A stretch of 64,000 nt of DNA from Octopus vulgaris (GCA_951406725.2 OX597830.1:48980001-49044000), one strand, 5' to 3'. Shown: positions 27,439 through 40,924, counted from the first letter of the stretch. A program made the numbers and translations. The notes: generated by a model from the sequence alone, not told the origin.

Positions 27439-27780
27439 CCCACTGCTCAACTGGTACTTATTTTATCGAACCAGAAATGATGAAAGACAAAGTCGACCTC
27501 GGCGGAATTTGAACTCAGAACATAAAGGCAAGCGAAATGCCGCTAAGTATTTTGTCTGGCGTGCTAACGGTTCTGGCAGCTCACCACTCTGTATGTTGGT
27601 TTCAACTTTTGGCACAGGGCCAGTAATTTCGGATGCGGGGCTAAACCGATCAGTTCGACCCCAGTGCTCAACTGGTACTTATTTTAACGACCCCGGAAAA
27701 AGTTAAAAGTAAAGTAAAGTTTGAACTGAGAAAATTAAGTTGAACCAAGTACCCAACGTGTTAACGATTCTGTCATCGCC
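27380..27780 (-). mobile_element. Two older family-A SINEs in tandem
   Basis: Reverse-complement cores at about 27445-27520 and 27660-27730. Head ends about 27587. Confidence 0.8.
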
Positions 27781-28926
27781 ATCTTGATGATGATGATGAT
27801 TATGGTGATGATATCGTATAACGATATCGATTCTTTTATTTAGGAAGCTAGAATGGGCAGGTAGCAGAACCTAACACAGTCTTCTTAATTAGACTGCTCC
27901 ATTAGCAACACAGAAATTAACAAGTATGCAATGCAAATCATTATATCCTAAGTGCTAGAATAAAAAAAGGTTTTTTTTAGAATCCAGCGCATATTCCGCC
28001 TGGGTATTTAATCTACTCCCGTTTGGGAACTCTGATTTAATTAGACTAAGTAAAACACAAGATACTGGATTTTTAATGATTCATAATATTTCAAGAATAC
28101 CTTGTGATAATTCTGGAAAATATCCTTAAATTTTAAAAAGTGTATGCATTTGGTTATACAGGTTCTTTAGTTCATCAGCTTGGTTTACGTATTACAACCA
28201 TTCAGTGTTTTTATGTCGTCTGTGTGTATTTCCAGGTCTATTTTTGTTTTTTGTTTCGTTTTTTTTTTCTGTATATGTGGCATCTATAAATGGGCAGATT
28301 AAGTTGTTGCTGTTTCCATCTGGCTGATGTGGAGCTTAGAAAGAAATTCCACAACATAGATTTAAATGTTTCCTCATAAATATAAGAAATATATCGCAAT
28401 CAATTCAAGAGATCAGGTAACCTTCCTCTGTAAATTCGTGATCCTCTATTTATTACGATGTGCTTATTTTCATAAAATAAAATTTATACTTCATGAAATC
28501 CTAATAAGAAATTGCTATATTCAAAACATTTCACGTGTTATCAATGGCTGTTTAATGATTAGATGGCCACGTAAAACGTCGTTTGTACATCACCATAGAT
28601 TCTATGCAGTATCTATAGTTTCGATATTTAGCTTTCGCCAGCCTAGTCCAGGTAGAAGTATTATTTCACAAGTTCAGTTAACTGTTGTAGATAACATGTC
28701 CACTAATAAATATTTCATAAGCATGTAATATTCATACAGACATCGAGGACCGAACAGTAACCCGTTAACAATGTTTTTCTTTCTCAAAAATCAGGTAGGT
28801 GTTCCGCAAATAACTTCCATTGCAAATTGTCAACAAGCTGAAGATAACCAGTTTTAATGCAATAAAAAGAGATAGCAGATACCCTCACTTGCTCAAAATA
28901 TCGAGTTCATCATGATCATGATCATG

Positions 28927-29012
<86 letters not shown>

Positions 29013-29030
29013 CATCATTATTATTATTAT
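28927..29030. repeat. (ATT)n microsatellite
   Basis: Direct observation. Confidence 0.97.
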
Positions 29031-29414
29031 TTTCAATAGTTGCAGGCCTTCTTATATATCTCCTCCATAATTTAAGAAACCGGAGGAGCGCAAGGAAAGA
29101 TTCAATTTCGATATATAACAACGAATCTAATTAACTGGCGCAGTAAGAAATTAACCACAAAAGTCTTGCTTCTCAGGAAATGGTTTATCTGTAACAGAAT
29201 TATTTACACAGCTCCCGGTCTAAACGATAGATCCATGTTACTAAATAACTTGCAGGCAACAAATTCTTCATAAAACGATTTAATTATTTGGAAGGAAAAC
29301 ATGCCCCTTCCACGAATCTCAATGTACATCTACAACTAGATTTATATGTAGGTAATAGACAAACATGTATGTGTGTATGTGTGTGTGTACATGTACATGT
29401 GTGCGCGTTTATGC

Positions 29415-29455
<41 letters not shown>

Positions 29456-29714
29456 CACAGATGCATACATATTACATATATACACACAGACACACACACA
29501 CGCACGCACACACATGTCACATGTAGGTAAGCAGAAATGGAAATTTTAAGAGAGAGATGATGATTGGATTAATGGTAGAAAAGAGAAGTAGAACCTGGAG
29601 ATATAGTGACGTAGGACAGCAGTTAATAATTAGAGCGTGTTTCTTTGTAATTCGTAAGTCTTGGAATACCGTATTAGAGTATTGCGAAATTTCACTGGGA
29701 CATACTGGTGACTA

Positions 29715-29746
<32 letters not shown>

Positions 29747-29773
29747 GTATATATATATTTGAGAAAAGAGATG

Positions 29774-30157
29774 ACAGAGGGACAAACAAGGACAGACAGA
29801 CGGATTAAGTCGATTACATTGACCCCAGTGTGTAACTGGTACTTATTTAATCGACCCAGAAAGGATGAAAGGCAAAATCGACCTCGGCGGAATTTGAACT
29901 GAAAACGTAACGCCAGACGAAATACCTATTTCTTTACTACCCACAAGGGGCTAAACACAGGAGACAAACAAGGACAGACAGACGGATTAAGTCGATTACA
30001 TTGACCCCAGTGTGTAACTGGTACTTATTTAATCGACCCCGAAAGGATGAAAGGCAAAGTCGACCTCGGCGGAATTTGAACTCAGAACGTAACGACTGAC
30101 GAAATACGGCTACGCATTTCGCCCGGCGTGCTAGCGTTTCTGCCAGCTCGCAGCCTT
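29774..30157 (-). mobile_element. Family-A SINE dimer (3' end clipped)
   Basis: Two units joined at gacgaaatac|ctatttctttac, with one head ending gccagctcgcagcctt. Confidence 0.9.
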
Positions 30158-30974
30158 CGTTGGTGTTTCGTTTCTGGTCTGGTCTGCAGCAGAAGTAAAA
30201 TGACGCTTATTTTGCTGCGTCCTTTCTAGGGTTAACAATTGCAAATACACAATGTTTGGCATTTACTTCAAAACACAGTCATTTCTGTTATTTATTTACC
30301 TGAAATATAAATAATTTATGACAATTTTCTCGTTTCCATGGTATTTTGAAGAAAAATATCAATTATTTTCTGTCAAATAAATAAACATCCTCAGCTATAG
30401 CTTCTCAGGTAGCGTGCTGACAGAGCGGCAGCAGCTTCTATAAATAATGATTATTCAATGTGTATTTTTGCATTTCTCAGTCGCTTTATATGCTGTTTAA
30501 CCCCAGGACATTCTCCATCGAACATACCGTTATAATCCAGTTTCTTTCTCAAGTACAGTGAAGCGGAAACTACAGCATGCAAAGTGTCTTTATTTAGAAG
30601 ACACTAATGGTGTCATATGAGAGGGAGATGTGGCTACTATTTGTAGAATCCCACATCGTTCGCTAAAGGAACGAACCGCAAATAGACATGTACGTACATA
30701 TATAGAAAACAATATGCTAACCCTACATTTTGTCAACCGTATTTGAAGATGAACCTAATAGAATAAATTGCGTTTCAAAATTAATGGAAGCTTATATTTT
30801 CACACCCTTGATAATTCATTTATAACTGTTCAAGCTTTACAGTTTCGGATATCAACGTCACTTGCAAACAGATTTTTCTTTGCGATTTTACTTCCAAGGA
30901 ATGTGAATTCGTCAAAATTTTTCAAGGATTTTCCAGAAGTGGAAGTATGACGGAATGATTTGATTAAACATTTG

Positions 30975-31119
30975 CTTCAGTCATTAGTCTGTGGCTATGT
31001 TGGAGCATCGTCTCGTCGACTAAATCAACTCCAGTATTATTTTTTTAAAAGTCTAATACTTATTCTTCCACTTTGTTTTTATCGGTATAAATAAACCAAC
31101 ACCGGTTTGCCGAGCGGTG

Positions 31120-31209
<90 letters not shown>

Positions 31210-31370
31210 CCGGCGTTCACCAAGTTTATGTCAACCATATTCACTCATAAGGCATTGATCGGTCAGGGATTATAACAGAAAGCACTTTCCCTAGGTGCCG
31301 CGCAGTGGGGTTGAACCTGAAACCATGTAGCTGTAAAGTGACATTCTGAAGCACCAAGCTATGCGTGCGC
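30975..31370 (-). mobile_element. Decayed family-B SINE with expanded internal (CA)n
   Basis: ttcagtcatt...ggagcatcg...cgactaaatcaactccag, (CA)n 31121-31208, ggtgccgcgcagtggggttgaacctgaaaccatgt. Confidence 0.72.
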
Positions 31371-31521
31371 TTATATAATATAAGGTAATAATATATAGCA
31401 TGCTAAAGTGAGAAGACACGGCATTGGTCCAGGTGCCTCCATCTCGCGTTACTTTCGAAAAGCATGGAATTGTGAAATCGCTTAAACAAATGCAAACCAA
31501 CCTTCATAAAGATTCTAGGTA

Positions 31522-31526
<5 letters not shown>

Positions 31527-31584
<58 letters not shown>

Positions 31585-31842
31585 ACACACACACACATAC
31601 ACACACATACACACACACACAAATATATCTATGTATATATATATATACACACACACAGTGATATCCACCATTTTCTATTAGTATAATGACAATAATGGTA
31701 CTAAAAATAACATTACAGAGCACCATTACCCAACACGCGCGCGCGTACACACACACACACACACACACAATGACAGAGTTATATATGTGAAATGCAAATA
31801 GACGTAAGATATAGTTATAACAAGGATGGAACTGCGCGCCGC

Positions 31843-31929
<87 letters not shown>

Positions 31930-32220
31930 CTGCACACGCTCACCTACTCAACGATTATCTATATTTTATACTTTCACGCTATATTTACAATCACGCAATA
32001 CAATATTAACTTTCCTCCAGGGAAAAAAAAAGATTACGAATTAAAATGGCGACACTCATCCGCACACGCACATACACACAGTCGCAGTCAAACACATACA
32101 CACACACATAAAGTCTCTCTCACATACATACACTCAGACATACGTACACACACACACACACAAAGTATCTCTCTCTCACACACATGTACACACTCTCGAT
32201 CACGTACACACATTCACTCA
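31527..32220. repeat. Compound (CA)n/(CT)n low-complexity region
   Basis: Several CA and CT runs with degenerate spacers. Confidence 0.9.
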
Positions 32221-33695
32221 TGCGAACGTCAATATAGACGTGGTGATGAAATCGCATTTACCATCCTTTATATCCACTCGAGCGCATGCGCACGGACACA
32301 CCGATAGACAGCAAAACTACCCTACGCACACAAACACATATGCATTAATGTTTAATTCCAAATTAATACAGCGAGTTGATTTATACATCGTAGGCGCAAT
32401 TACCTAAAAACAACAGTTCCCCGCTCCCTTGCTCATTCCTCTCTTTCCCTCTCTATTTTCCTTTTCTCACCTCCTTGTACATACATATATTTTCCTCTTT
32501 CTACCCCCTCTCTCTCTCTCTCTCTTTCCTCACCACAGATACAATCAAATGATTTATGAGGTTTATTTCGAAAATTCTGTGTATGGAGAAGCTGTACAGG
32601 ATCATGAAGGTCCTAACAAAGCGATTTAAATAAAACAGTATTTTTATTTCCTTTTTCCCCACCTAATTACGCTTCGAGCTGAAAGACGATTTTCAAATAA
32701 TATAGTGGCAAAGAGACAAGGGGAAAATTTAAAAATAAAGAAAATCAAAATATTAAACACTGGCTGTTGAGGTCAACCTGAAAATGTTCAACTTCAATAA
32801 CATCTCCAATCTGTTCTTATAAAAGGCACTCAAAAAAAGATAATGTTGATCTGAGGCATGTGACAAATTCCCCATTTTAGTGAAATGCTCAGCCAGAAGT
32901 CAGCTAGTAGAATCGTAGAACTGTCAACTCAGTTTTATCTGATTGTACGGGAAATGGTTTTAAAGTGGTCAGTATGATTTATTTGAAGAATTGATTATGA
33001 CATTCTGCAGAAATCCGGAAAGCGTAATAATCCTATTTCTTTTAATAAATACTTTACTTTTTCGTGTTCTTTTTCTAATATTTTGATTCCAGCCACAAAC
33101 AGGAAAATTGGTGAAATATATCCTGCTTTACCCCATCAAATTTTATCTGAAAGGTTAAATATAACATACTTGAGCATTTCATAGGTTTACTAAAATTTTT
33201 CATGACAACTGTCGCCAAAGAAAAAACATTTAATAGAATAATAGAAATGATTTAAAATAAGTTGTATGTGCATAAGTTAAAAAATGCAAAAGGCAAAAAC
33301 CATATATATATATATATAAATATATATAACACAGAACAGAATTCCCGGTAACTCAGCTAAACCTATAAAAGTAAAGTAACAAGTCGTCGTCAATCAGTAA
33401 TGCAACGCCGAAGCGATTATCTACGAAACAGAGGTCATCTCCACAAACCATTTGGTATTCATAGGGAAAATTCTTTAATAGCGAGGCCTATAGTCATGAA
33501 AAAACGCCGTTGGTTATGTAATTATGTTTTAAAATGCTACCATAATAATGAAATTTAACATATGTTTACAATTTAAACGTTTGATTCGAATCTTTTTTTC
33601 ACGAATGAAGAGAGCTGAAGTTTCTATAACTTTCCTGATAAAATATACGATCATCTCATTGTACAGAATTATTATGCAATGGCATATGTGTGTGT

Positions 33696-33738
<43 letters not shown>

Positions 33739-34309
33739 TTATATACTGTGAAAATATATGCATATATACATAATTTATACATCATGGAAATATATCCATA
33801 TATAATTTCACTTTTCAGAATTTAACACGTTACTAGTTTTCACAATTTTATCCAATTATGGAAAACAATTTGACTAAAATTGAGTATAGTGAAAAAAAAA
33901 AAATAATAAAAAATGAAGTTGCTATCACTATTTCGTAATCAGTCAGCATTCGTCCTGCTTCTCTGTTTGATGATTGGTTCGAAAGTAAGACAGTTCTTCT
34001 GTTGGCAGGAATTAGAGGAGCCGATGTAGACGCGTGGCTATGGAATTTCTTCTACAACCGTGTGATTCTGGTTTCGTTCTGAATGTGTGGAACTTTGGTC
34101 AAGTCGATTCTACTGTATACTATAGCTTCAGGTAGAGCCAAGCATTTGTGAATGCTATTTAGTGAAAAACTGTCTCACCCTACCGCATACTTGCACACAT
34201 TGTGGTGTAGTCAAATTTTTGATTAACTCAGTTAATATTGGTTTCTTGTTCACGTAAACTATCACACAATTTTCAGATTGTATATGTCCAACATATTTCT
34301 ATCTTGCTG

Positions 34310-34615
34310 AGGCCGACCTTTCCCTTTATTTTACCCCCTGATTAGAGAAAATTAAGTACCGGGATCGGTGGAATGTACTAGCCTCTTACCCGTAAAATTC
34401 CCGGCTTCGTTGCAAAATTATTATTATTTATCATACGTGTGAGGCTGCAAACTAACAGAATCGTTAGCATGCCGGGAAAAACGCATAGCTGTACTTTATC
34501 CGTCTTTACGTTCTGAATTCGAGTTCCGTTGTAGTCGACATTGCCTTTAGAGGACGATGAAATGAGTACCAGCAGAGTACTGGGGTCAATATAACCGACC
34601 AACCCACCCCTCAAT
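34310..34615 (+). mobile_element. Decayed family-A SINE fragments
   Basis: cagaatcgttagcatgccggg...ttacgttctgaattcga...gtcgacattgccttt...aaatgagtaccag. Confidence 0.65.
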
Positions 34616-35868
34616 AAATACATCACACAAGGCGATGCATCTTTACCAGATGAGATTGTAGAGGAAAGGAACAAAACAGATGTGACCTACCTCTGTTTCA
34701 CATTGAAGAGGTTGAGGTACGTTGGCGAGTGAAGAGGCATGAGTGTAGAGCTGAGAGTTGAGTATATTGATGAGTTGGTGTGTCAGAGAAAAGCCGGAGA
34801 GGCTGGTGTTTAAAGTGGAGGGACGCATTGCCTGATTTAGTCACACATCGACAATAACCGCGAGAATGAGATGGTGACGGGTAGAATTGCCTTTGGTTGT
34901 AGCTCTGTTTGTTCAGGACTGATCAATGCCTAAGTAATAACAACAACAATAACAATAACAGCAACAACAATCCACTGACTACTATTAATTTTTATCGTCT
35001 TCGGACAATGAAATCTTAAACTGATCTCAATGCAATATTTGTAGTAGAGTTATAGCTCAGCTCTTTAACGTGCGAAGACGTTCCGCATGAAACGTTCCAC
35101 ACGAGACGTTGTATTGTCTTTCGCAGTTTACTTTGACGAAAATGCTTATTGAAAGTAACTAAAAGTTTTTGTAAAAGTTTGGAGTTCATTAATTTAATTT
35201 TCTTGAAATTACCAAAACTGAATTTCTAAACCATTGCGTGATAAAGTTGTTGCCTGATGGCCTCTGTGATATTACACTCTAATGTTTCAAAACAAAATCT
35301 TAATAATTACAATTAATCTTAGAAATACTGAAGTTAATTAAAACATAATTAGTGGTTGAATTTATAAAGACGGCAGTGAAACTGAGGATGGTAGAGGTCT
35401 GAGATTGAGAAGTAGATGAGGGCGGTGCAGCGGCAGTGGGTGTATGGAGGACAGAGACGGTGGATCGACTGTGTCCTTGCGGTATTATAACTATTCTGAT
35501 TTTTAACATTAAATTTGATGTCATCATAGCGCGGTCAACAAAAGGCCAAACTTAGAAACATATACAGTGATATTTCTCATTAGACGAGGATGTTGGGAAA
35601 TTGCTCAAATTCATTGCTTTATATTCTCGCCAGTGATATCGGAAAGTGTGATATTACGTTACGTTGGGTGTTACTATTAATATCTGTCCTGCTTGTACAA
35701 GATAATTACACATTAACTGTGAAACTAGTGTGATAACCAAGGGAATTGAAAACTTTGGTTAAGAATAGACTCTTATATATCTAAGTTGTAGAGGCAGATA
35801 ATATAAAGTTAGTATGGGTTTCTTAGTGATTAAATCGTCTAGCATGTGGTAGACGCGTGGTTCGACTG

Positions 35869-35901
<33 letters not shown>

Positions 35902-36618
35902 CATCCGTCCGTCCGTCCGTCCGTCCGTCTGTCTGCCTGTCTGCCTGTCTGTCTGTCTTTTTGCCTGTCTGTATGTCTGTATGTCTGTCTGTCTAAACTA
36001 TCTGTCACCCACGGGTGAATATGGCTTTCGTCGTTAATCGTTATAGACGCCTTACATACTCAACTCCTCCACACTTGAGACATAAGCGGCACCCCAGAAT
36101 GTGACAGCTGGGAATTGAGAAAGCTCCACCAACATTCAGCTGGGACTTATTTTCAGCTGAATATTCTGTAGCATCGTGGGATGAAGTGCCTTGTTTAAGG
36201 ACAAAACGCTCAACTCGGTTCAAGCTTTGAATCAAAAACACTATTATTGTAAACCAAACACCCCAACCGCTAAGCTTCAATAAAACATATATACATGCGT
36301 ACACACATACACACTGACACATATTCTCTACTCATCTATCTGTCTACCAGAGTACACACACACACACACACATATGTATGTATGTGTGTATGTGTCTGTG
36401 TGCGTGCGCGTGTGTGTATGTGAATGTATTTGTTCGCTCATGTCTATATGCATATTTGTAAGCATATATACATGCCGATCCTTACGTGTTGATACAAACA
36501 CAAGAGTGTGATTGAATGCATTTTTAATGCATTGATTCATTGTGCTGACGTCAAGTATGACTTCTCCGACAATCATTATCACCAAATAGTAAAATCCACT
36601 TTATTCATGCAAATCCAC

Positions 36619-36621
<3 letters not shown>

Positions 36622-36675
<54 letters not shown>

Positions 36676-36946
36676 AATATATATTAGATACCTATTTATG
36701 TCACTCTCTCTCTATATATATGTATGCCTATGTGCATGTAATAATATGCAAGTATACGTATATTAATAAATCTAACGTGAACGTACAATTGCTTCTATAT
36801 ACATACACACACACACATGCATATATATATATACATACATATATATATGTATATATATATACATATATATACATATATATATACATATACATACATATAT
36901 ATATGTGTATTATATATGTATGTATATATATATATATATTCCCTCA

Positions 36947-36990
<44 letters not shown>

Positions 36991-37025
36991 TCCCTCAAAT
37001 AATTATATATGTATATATATACATA
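36622..37025. repeat. (CA)n/(TA)n compound microsatellite
   Basis: Direct observation. The spacer ttccctcaaataat is duplicated. Confidence 0.92.
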
Positions 37026-37351
37026 AGCATTCCGATATACAGATTTTCATGTTGCTATATTCCTATATATACATATGAAAAAAGGTAATAAAAAAAAGAA
37101 GAAACGAATTGGAATGAGAGATTCGATGGTTTAATTGTATTATAATGACAGATGGGGAAAACCTATTTGCCACTTGTTGATAAATTGATTTGACTGTGAC
37201 AAGTTTGATCTGCAACAATAAAATTGATGCTAGACATTATATTCACTTCTGTATCGACGTGAAGAATATTATGGAAAAAAAATAGTGAACTGTTATTGAT
37301 TATAGAAAGGAACGCAGCATTCTACAAAGTTCGTTTATAAACTATAATAAT

Positions 37352-37690
37352 AGGAGCACTCCGTCGGTTGCGACGATGAGGGTCCCAGCTGATACGATCA
37401 ATTGAACAGCTTGCTCGTGATATTAACGTGCAAGTGGCTGAGCACTCCACAGACACGTGTACCCTTAACGTAGTTCTCGAGGAGATTCAGCGTGACACAC
37501 AGAATGTGACAAGGCTGGCCCTTTGAAATACAGGTACAAGAGAAACAGGAAGAAAGAGCGAGAGAAAGTTGTGGTGAAAGAGTACAGAAGGGTTCACCAC
37601 CACCCCCTGCCGGAGCCTCGTGGAGCTTTAGGTGTTTTCGCTCAATAAACACTCTCAATGCCCGGTCTGGGAATCGAAACCGCGATCCTA
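37352..37690 (-). mobile_element. Chimeric SINE (body X + tail Q), 5'-truncated in the tRNA head
   Basis: 37356-37535 matches the tail of 7839-8167. 37550-37690 matches the body of 3655-3956. B box ggtttcgattccc on the minus strand. Confidence 0.85.
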
Positions 37691-38151
37691 CATATATACA
37701 TGCATTTATGTGCTCGTGTATGTATATTTGTATATGCAGTTGAGTCTGTATGTTATCTGTGTTCATACAAGCGATTCGGTACAAAGTGTCTGTGTTTATT
37801 TACTGCTTGTGCTTATACTGTCTGTGCTTATCTGGAACTACGTGCTTTACACAGAGACTTGCTGAGCAAGAAGTTAATGTAGCTCCTGTGTAGAAAGCGC
37901 TGAATGTGAAACTTACTTCTATGAAGGTCCATCAGTCGCTGTATATGTTCTAAAGCACAAATGTAATTGAAGCTGTGTTACCGTGGAGCTAATTGCTGCA
38001 CTGGTTCATTGCATTGCCATTATTGAAAAAGTAAACTCATTGACGAATTCGCTTTTCTGTATCTGATCCTCTGGAAAAAGGGAGACGTCATGTCTTCAAA
38101 ATGCAATCTTTACTTGCGCACGCACACACACACACAAAATATATACATGTA

Positions 38152-38542
38152 TTAGCAATATCGCCCGGCGTTGCTCGGGTTTGTTTCCACCCATTAGAAT
38201 TAGAATTTTTGAAAAGCAAAACTTTTGCATTATGTAGCTTGTTATTCTCTTTAAGTGAACATTTTTCTGGTTGAAATACACCGAAAAATGGCGACACAGC
38301 AGTCAAAAAATCATTAAAAATATGGATTTTCATAGTAAAAAAGCACCTTTTTGATGTAAATAATTTTTGGTGTTAACGTGGTCCGTTTGAATTTTTTCTT
38401 CTACGGAAGGAAGAGCAAGCCTTCTTCTATCATACTTTCAATTTTGGTCAACTTGCGCCGCAGTGTCTCGGAAGAGATAGTGTTAGTTGAAGGCTACCAA
38501 ACCTGCCATACACAGACAACTTCAGCTTTATATATATAGAGA
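38152..38542 (-). mobile_element. Non-autonomous Helitron-like element
   Basis: Minus strand A|TCtctatatatataaagctgaagttgtctgtg ... hairpin cccgagcaacgccggg ... CTAA|T. Shows 5' TC, subterminal hairpin, 3' CTRR and an A|T target with no TSD. Confidence 0.78.
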
Positions 38543-38626
38543 TTAATGTATAAAGGCCTACAAATATACATGACGTCACATATATCGATACACATATACG
38601 TATTCGTCTAAATGTTTATGAAGTTC

Positions 38627-38980
38627 CTGGCTGTGTTGTAAGAAGTTTGCTTCGGAACCACATGATTTCAGGTCCAGAACCACTGCAGGATATCTTGAGC
38701 AAATATCTTCTCCTCTCAAGACGACCAATGTTCGTGAGTCCATTTGGTAGACGGAAACTGAAAGAAGCTCGTCGTATATGTGTGTCTGTCTGATCCCACT
38801 GCTTGAAAAACCTGGCTTGGTGCGTTTATGTCCCCGTAACTCAGCGGTTCGGCGAAAAGGGCCGATAAAATGAGTACCAGACTCTAAAAAATAGTACTGG
38901 GATCGATTCATTTGACGAAAAATTCAAGACTGTATTGCAGCATAGCTACAGTCTAATCGAAACAGGTAGGAAATAAAAAA
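38627..38980 (+). mobile_element. Family-B SINE (older)
   Basis: gtaagaagtttgcttc..aaccacatg...ggtagacggaaactgaaagaagc...cagcggttcggcgaaa...gcagcatagctacagtc. Confidence 0.82.
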
Positions 38981-39028
38981 TATATGAACGTATACATTCA
39001 TGTCCGTGTGGTGTGTGTGTATGTACGC

Positions 39029-39089
<61 letters not shown>

Positions 39090-39093
<4 letters not shown>

Positions 39094-39290
39094 ATCCAAA
39101 CAAGAAAGCACAAAAAAACACAACAATGCGAGGACGTGGAAGAAATATAGTATTATTGGACGCTCAGGAAAGAAGGAAAGAAGGAGGGTTTAACGTTTCG
39201 AGCGGAGCTCTTCGTCGGAAACATAGGAGAAGGAAAGATCCAGAGAGGGGAAGACAGAGGAAAAAAATCGCCAACGGTATACACGAGGTC
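39090..39290 (-). mobile_element. Penelope-like terminal-repeat fragment with minimal hammerhead motif (copy 1)
   Basis: Bounded by (TA)n on both sides. Minus strand 39222-39188 reads GUUU CCGACGA A GAGC UCC GCUC GAAA CG UU AAAC. Second copy at 40361. Confidence 0.65.
39188..39222 (-). ncRNA. Minimal type-I hammerhead ribozyme-like motif (U4->C variant)
   Basis: Stem I GUUU/AAAC, core CCGACGA (consensus CUGANGA), stem II GAGC/GCUC, GAAA, palindromic ACGU in place of stem III, GUU triplet. Confidence 0.55.
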
Positions 39291-39310
39291 ATATATATAT
39301 ATATATATAT

Positions 39311-39540
39311 AAAATCAAAATAAGCAACAAGGATATCCAAGGTAGAGTAGTACAATTGTTTCATGCTACCTCATTTTATTAAACCTTGTAAGAATTACAT
39401 CAGTTTTAAAATGTCGAGCAATCTTCAGCCTTATATAGAAATTTTCAATTAAACAGACAATGCACATTCCTATACTTATCTCGTTTGCCAACATTAGAAA
39501 GAGAATAGATATATAAACAGAGAGGTTAATTTCATCATTA
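39311..39540 (-). mobile_element. Second Penelope-like terminal-repeat fragment (decayed hammerhead)
   Basis: Abuts (TA)n. The minus strand has ggCTGAAGAttgc...AAActgat (39430-39398), then aataaa and a terminus ttggatatccttgttgcttattttgatt that recurs at 56843-56920. Confidence 0.5.
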
Positions 39541-39616
39541 AGAAGACGATGGAAGTATGTTCATTCTCCGTATGTAGATTTTATCACTAAGTTCACTTTA
39601 TTATTTAGATCTATCA

Positions 39617-39667
<51 letters not shown>

Positions 39668-40360
39668 TATACGTGTGTGTGTGTGAAGGCATGACTAAAT
39701 GTATATATTTATACAGATACTGCATATACCTGAGTTTTCAATGTGTCATTTGGGGAATTGCAATTTTGATAATTATTTTTAATAATTTCACAAATACATT
39801 CCTCTGATTAAACCATAAACAACTGCTTAATTATGTCTGATGGATTGAAAACGTTAGAAATTTCAAACAATAGTGAATGTTCAGTACCAGAATAATTTCG
39901 AAATATATCTGAAATGAAATAGAAGTGTCTTTGGATAATTAAAATTGTCTGAATCGATAAATTTAAACGAACGTATCAAGAAATATTCTCTTTTATTTGT
40001 AAATTTCACTTTTAATTGTTGGATTTATTAATTAAAAGAAAATTGTCTTACATGTAAAAAAAACAAAAAAACTAAAGCATCCTTTTGTTTAGAAAATCAT
40101 TCAGGGAAACAGAAACAAATTTTCTTGTCGGTGACTGTCAAACACATCCAGAAATGAACAAAGAATATACATTGCGAAGAACAAAACAAAAATAAACCCC
40201 CAAAACAAGAACAAAAAACAATAAAAAACTGCATTCTGAATTGCGCTAATGAGTTATATTGAAATAATACATATAAGTACATATATACATATGGGTATAT
40301 ATGTATGTATTCATATTCTATGTGATGTATATGATATATATACACACACATATATATATA

Positions 40361-40575
40361 GTTAATCCAAACAAGAAAACACAGAAAAAAACACAGCAAC
40401 GCGAGGACGTGGAACAATTAAAGTATTATTTGACGCTCAGGAAAGAAGGGAAGGAGGGTTTAACGTTTCGAGCGGAGCTCTTCGTCGGAAACAAAGGAGA
40501 AGGAAAGATCCCGAGAAGGGAAGAGAGAGGAAAAAAATTTTTTTGCTGGTGCTGCTCAAGAGATCACATGTTGAA
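40361..40575 (-). mobile_element. Penelope-like terminal-repeat fragment with minimal hammerhead motif (copy 2)
   Basis: Homologous to 39090-39290. The hammerhead-like segment 40458-40492 is identical to copy 1. Flanked by (TA)n. Confidence 0.65.
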
Positions 40576-40577
40576 AA

Positions 40578-40639
<62 letters not shown>

Positions 40640-40905
40640 CGAACATGTGAGTTACCCAAATGGACTTTATTCCTGGTTCTTTTTATCTTTTTTTCCTTCT
40701 GTCTCCCTCTTCTTTGGACTTTTCACTGTGTATCCGATGAAGGGCTGTCCAAAACGTTATGTGTTTACTCTATATTTGTCACTTTGCAACTTTTTTTCAA
40801 TTTTTTTTCAGCGTGAACCTATTAATATTAACTGTGAAAATGTTTTCCATTGTTGCTGCGTTTTGTATTTCTCTTTTTTATCATTGATTTGGTTCCCCTG
40901 CTCTC
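40640..40905 (+). mobile_element. Divergent relative of the Penelope-like hammerhead repeat, opposite orientation
   Basis: tttttttccttctgtctccctcttctttggactttt is homologous to the reverse complement of copies 1 and 2. Motif CCGATGA a gggc t gtcc AAAA cg tt at 40734-40758 (G12 lost). Ends ttccattgttgctgcgttttg...tgatttggtt. Confidence 0.55.
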
Positions 40906-40924
40906 CCTCCCGCATATACATATA

